A stretch of DNA of 64,000 bases, from contig JAXLNO010000104.1 in the NCBI GenBank assembly GCA_038087875.1, positions 62,001 to 126,000 on the forward strand. Direction: 5' to 3'. Below, one piece after another: positions 63,714-64,000 of this stretch. The notes below the pieces were generated by a model. It did not search any database. It was not told the DNA's origin and saw only the letters and a program-made list of their open reading frames with translations. Every line of letters begins with the position of its first letter. Positions within the stretch are counted from its first letter, which is position 1. The translations under genes and the position numbers were made by a program. This DNA comes from Malacoraja senta. Taxonomy: Eukaryota.

Positions 63714-64000
63714 TGCTCAGATTAACTTATGCACATTTGCTCGGAATCCCTAATTAACCCTCCCACCAAAATTCTTATCTAACATGGCAGTGAAAGTACC
63801 AACTGACCCACAGCATCCAAAAAGCCTTTTGGGGAGAGCGCTCCAGGTTTCCACTGTGTTGTGTGAATCAGACGTCTTGCCAGTTTCAAGGAATCGTAGA
63901 ATTGGTGACATAGAAGATGGTGTCCGTGCCGGCTGCAAAATTCCAGAACTTGATCCGTAGCCTTTCAGGCAGGCGCACTGTTCATCTTCCAAAATTCCGT

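Overview
Repeat-dense vertebrate DNA. The repeat landscape (HE1-type V-SINEs, abundant CR1, Rex1 and Penelope-derived repeats) suggests a cartilaginous fish, probably a skate or ray; this is inference. No intact host gene is visible. Two spliced + strand genes are decayed: a giantin/GOLGB1-like golgin (106-16753) and the last four exons of a kelch-repeat gene (35357-43415). Most of the rest is nested mobile DNA: CR1, Rex1, Vingi, L1/Tx1 and RTE LINEs, a complete Gypsy element, and hAT, Harbinger, ISL2EU-like and Tc1-type DNA elements. Most notable observations: (1) an endogenous foamy-virus-like pol fragment covering the RT C-terminal half, RNase H and integrase N-terminus (54106-56030); (2) an HDV-like ribozyme fold at the 5' end of a Vingi LINE (20681-20747); (3) a non-tRNA, non-autonomous retroposon family whose shared GC-rich head is joined to either a Rex1-type or an L2-type tail; (4) many Penelope-derived repeats carrying minimal hammerhead cores. 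Family assignments come from remembered motifs, not database searches.
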